Below are positions 62,633 to 64,000 of a stretch of 64,000 nucleotides of DNA, piece by piece (positions within the stretch are counted from its first letter, which is position 1; every line of letters begins with the position of its first letter). This DNA is from Armatimonadota bacterium (GTDB lineage: Bacteria > Armatimonadota > Fimbriimonadia > Fimbriimonadales > GBS-DC), in contig JBBIML010000006.1 of NCBI GenBank assembly GCA_037444405.1, positions 192,001-256,000 of the forward strand. The letters are read 5' to 3'. Below the pieces are notes generated by a model. It made no database searches. It was given only the letters and a program-made list of their open reading frames with translations, and was not told the DNA's origin. The position numbers were made by a program, and so were the translations under genes.

Positions 62633-63474
62633 CCGATGGGCTCGGGCAGGTAGAGCGTGAGGCACTTGCACGCGCCGCCCGATTTGATGAACTCGCTCAT
62701 TGGCACCTCATGCACGCGGAAGCCGCGCTCCTCCAGGTGAAAGCGCAGGATGGGGCAGCCCGCGGGCATCACCACATGCTTGCCGATGACCACCGAGTTG
62801 CACGCGAATCGCAACGCCTCTTCGGGGCTGACAGGGATCACCTCAAAATGCTCCTGAATCACGCGGCGGGCGTACCAGTCGAACGCTTCGGGGTAATAGG
62901 CGACCAGCCGTCCACCCAGCGGCAAGAAGCAGGTGTCAAGGTGATACCAGCGGTCGTCCACCAGTTCGAGGCTGAGCGTTTCGAGTCCTGTGAGTTCGCT
63001 GAGGTGGCGATGGGCACAGATGTCGGTGCGTTTGCGGTAGCCTGCCACGATGAGGTCGCCGAGATAGAAGGCGTCGCCCTCACCCTCAAAGGCGCAGTCG
63101 GGCGGGAGCAGATGCACCGTGAAGCCGTGCGAGCGGAAGAACTGCTCAAAGTAGGGTTCCTCCACCTGTCGTTCGGGGTGGCGGAAGCGCGACAGCACGA
63201 TGCGTTTGCCGGGCAGGGGCAGACCCGCGTTCGCCGTGAACACCATATCGGGCGCCTCCTGCGCCTGCTCAATCAGCACCACCGGGACACCGACCTCCTC
63301 GGTCAGCACCCGATGGAGCTGTTCCCACTGCTGCCACGCCAGCCGCTTATCGGGACGGTTGCTGAGATGCATCCAGGCGTTGATCTCATAGAGCAGATCG
63401 TACGCACTGGGCGCACACATCAGCACCTGCGTCGCCTGAAGCTGGTTCGAACGGTTGACCGGCAAAGTCTGCAT
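62629..63474 (-). CDS. Amidinotransferase/DDAH-family protein
   Basis: PDMVFTAN, FEGEGD, YHLDT, GGACKC. Confidence 0.88.
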   Translation of the reverse strand: MQTLPVNRSNQLQATQVLMCAPSAYDLLYEINAWMHLSNRPDKRLAWQQWEQLHRVLTEEVGVPVVLIEQAQEAPDMVFTANAGLPLPGKRIVLSRFRHPERQVEEPYFEQFFRSHGFTVHLLPPDCAFEGEGDAFYLGDLIVAGYRKRTDICAHRHLSELTGLETLSLELVDDRWYHLDTCFLPLGGRLVAYYPEAFDWYARRVIQEHFEVIPVSPEEALRFACNSVVIGKHVVMPAGCPILRFHLEERGFRVHEVPMSEFIKSGGACKCLTLYLPEPIG

Positions 63475-63559
63475 TATCGCCTCCGAATCGACACAGGCAC
63501 TATCGGTATACGAACTTCGGCAACGGGATTGTTCCATGATGGCGGGGCAATCTCACCTT

Positions 63560-63976
63560 TCATGGTTCGCTGTCAACCATTTCGAAGCAGCTGCGTGGGG
63601 TCTCGTAGAGGCGCACGCTGTGGAGCCGTGCGCGCCCGCTCAGATGTGGCGCCAGCCGTCGATAGATGAACTGCACGAGATTCTCGGTGGTTGGGATCAC
63701 CTGCTGGAACTCGGCGACCTCCTCGTTCAGGAAGCGGTGGTCGAGCGGTTCCAGCACCTCGCGGTGTACCAGCGTGTCCAGCTCCGCCAGGCTGATAATC
63801 ATGCCTGTGATGGGGTCTGGCTCGCCGCGAACCGTGATTTCGAGGCGGTAGTCGTGCCCGTGCCCATACGGATGGCTGCATTTGCCGAACAGTGTGGTGT
63901 TCTCCTGCTCGCTCAGGTTCGGATGATAGAGCCGATGCGACGCCGAAAAGTGATAGCTGCGGGTGAGATAGACCAT
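63560..63976 (-). CDS. 6-pyruvoyl/6-carboxy-tetrahydropterin synthase (PTPS/QueD family)
   Basis: FSASH, CSHPYGHGH, DH..LN, PTTEN, YETP. Confidence 0.88.
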   Translation of the reverse strand: MVYLTRSYHFSASHRLYHPNLSEQENTTLFGKCSHPYGHGHDYRLEITVRGEPDPITGMIISLAELDTLVHREVLEPLDHRFLNEEVAEFQQVIPTTENLVQFIYRRLAPHLSGRARLHSVRLYETPRSCFEMVDSEP

Positions 63977-64000
63977 GGGTACCTCCTCGCCGTCGGGATG

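Noticed and set aside
61322..62671. 685-aa ORF suggesting a long N-terminal fusion to RNase HII
   Set aside because: The extension is antisense to rfbB and runs through a terminator and a REP; the real rnhB starts near 61321-61369.

Overview
A ~63% GC (by eye) bacterial chromosomal window. PEP-CTERM proteins, a DUF1559/H-X9-DG prepilin-like protein and repeated C-terminal dockerin-like 'DDADLLxVLFxFG...GC' tails suggest Armatimonadota (Fimbriimonadia-like); this assignment is an inference. Most genes are housekeeping: dnaG, ispG, dapF, atpBEFHAG, infB, rbfA, serS, rsmA, argB, purF, purB, aldolase, queC, icd, rnhB, rfbB and PTPS/queD, plus an EPS cluster (nucleotide-sugar dehydrogenase and three GT4). 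The most notable observations are: (1) a 268-aa intein in IspG at an Fe-S-ligating Cys; (2) a RecQ-PRTase (RqlH-like) plus DprA/SLOG two-gene module bracketed by two different MITEs, a candidate defence or DNA-repair system; (3) an unannotated ~120-nt structured RNA with a consensus sigma54 promoter and its own terminator; (4) a leader-peptide/terminator-antiterminator 5' leader upstream of an HNH nuclease; (5) a single-chain restriction-modification enzyme with a PD..ExE nuclease motif and a low-GC specificity segment; (6) REP-like palindromes inserted in frame in a membrane protein; (7) widespread -10-only, apparently leaderless promoters. No rRNA, tRNA or CRISPR array was seen. All calls come from reading the sequence; no database search was run.
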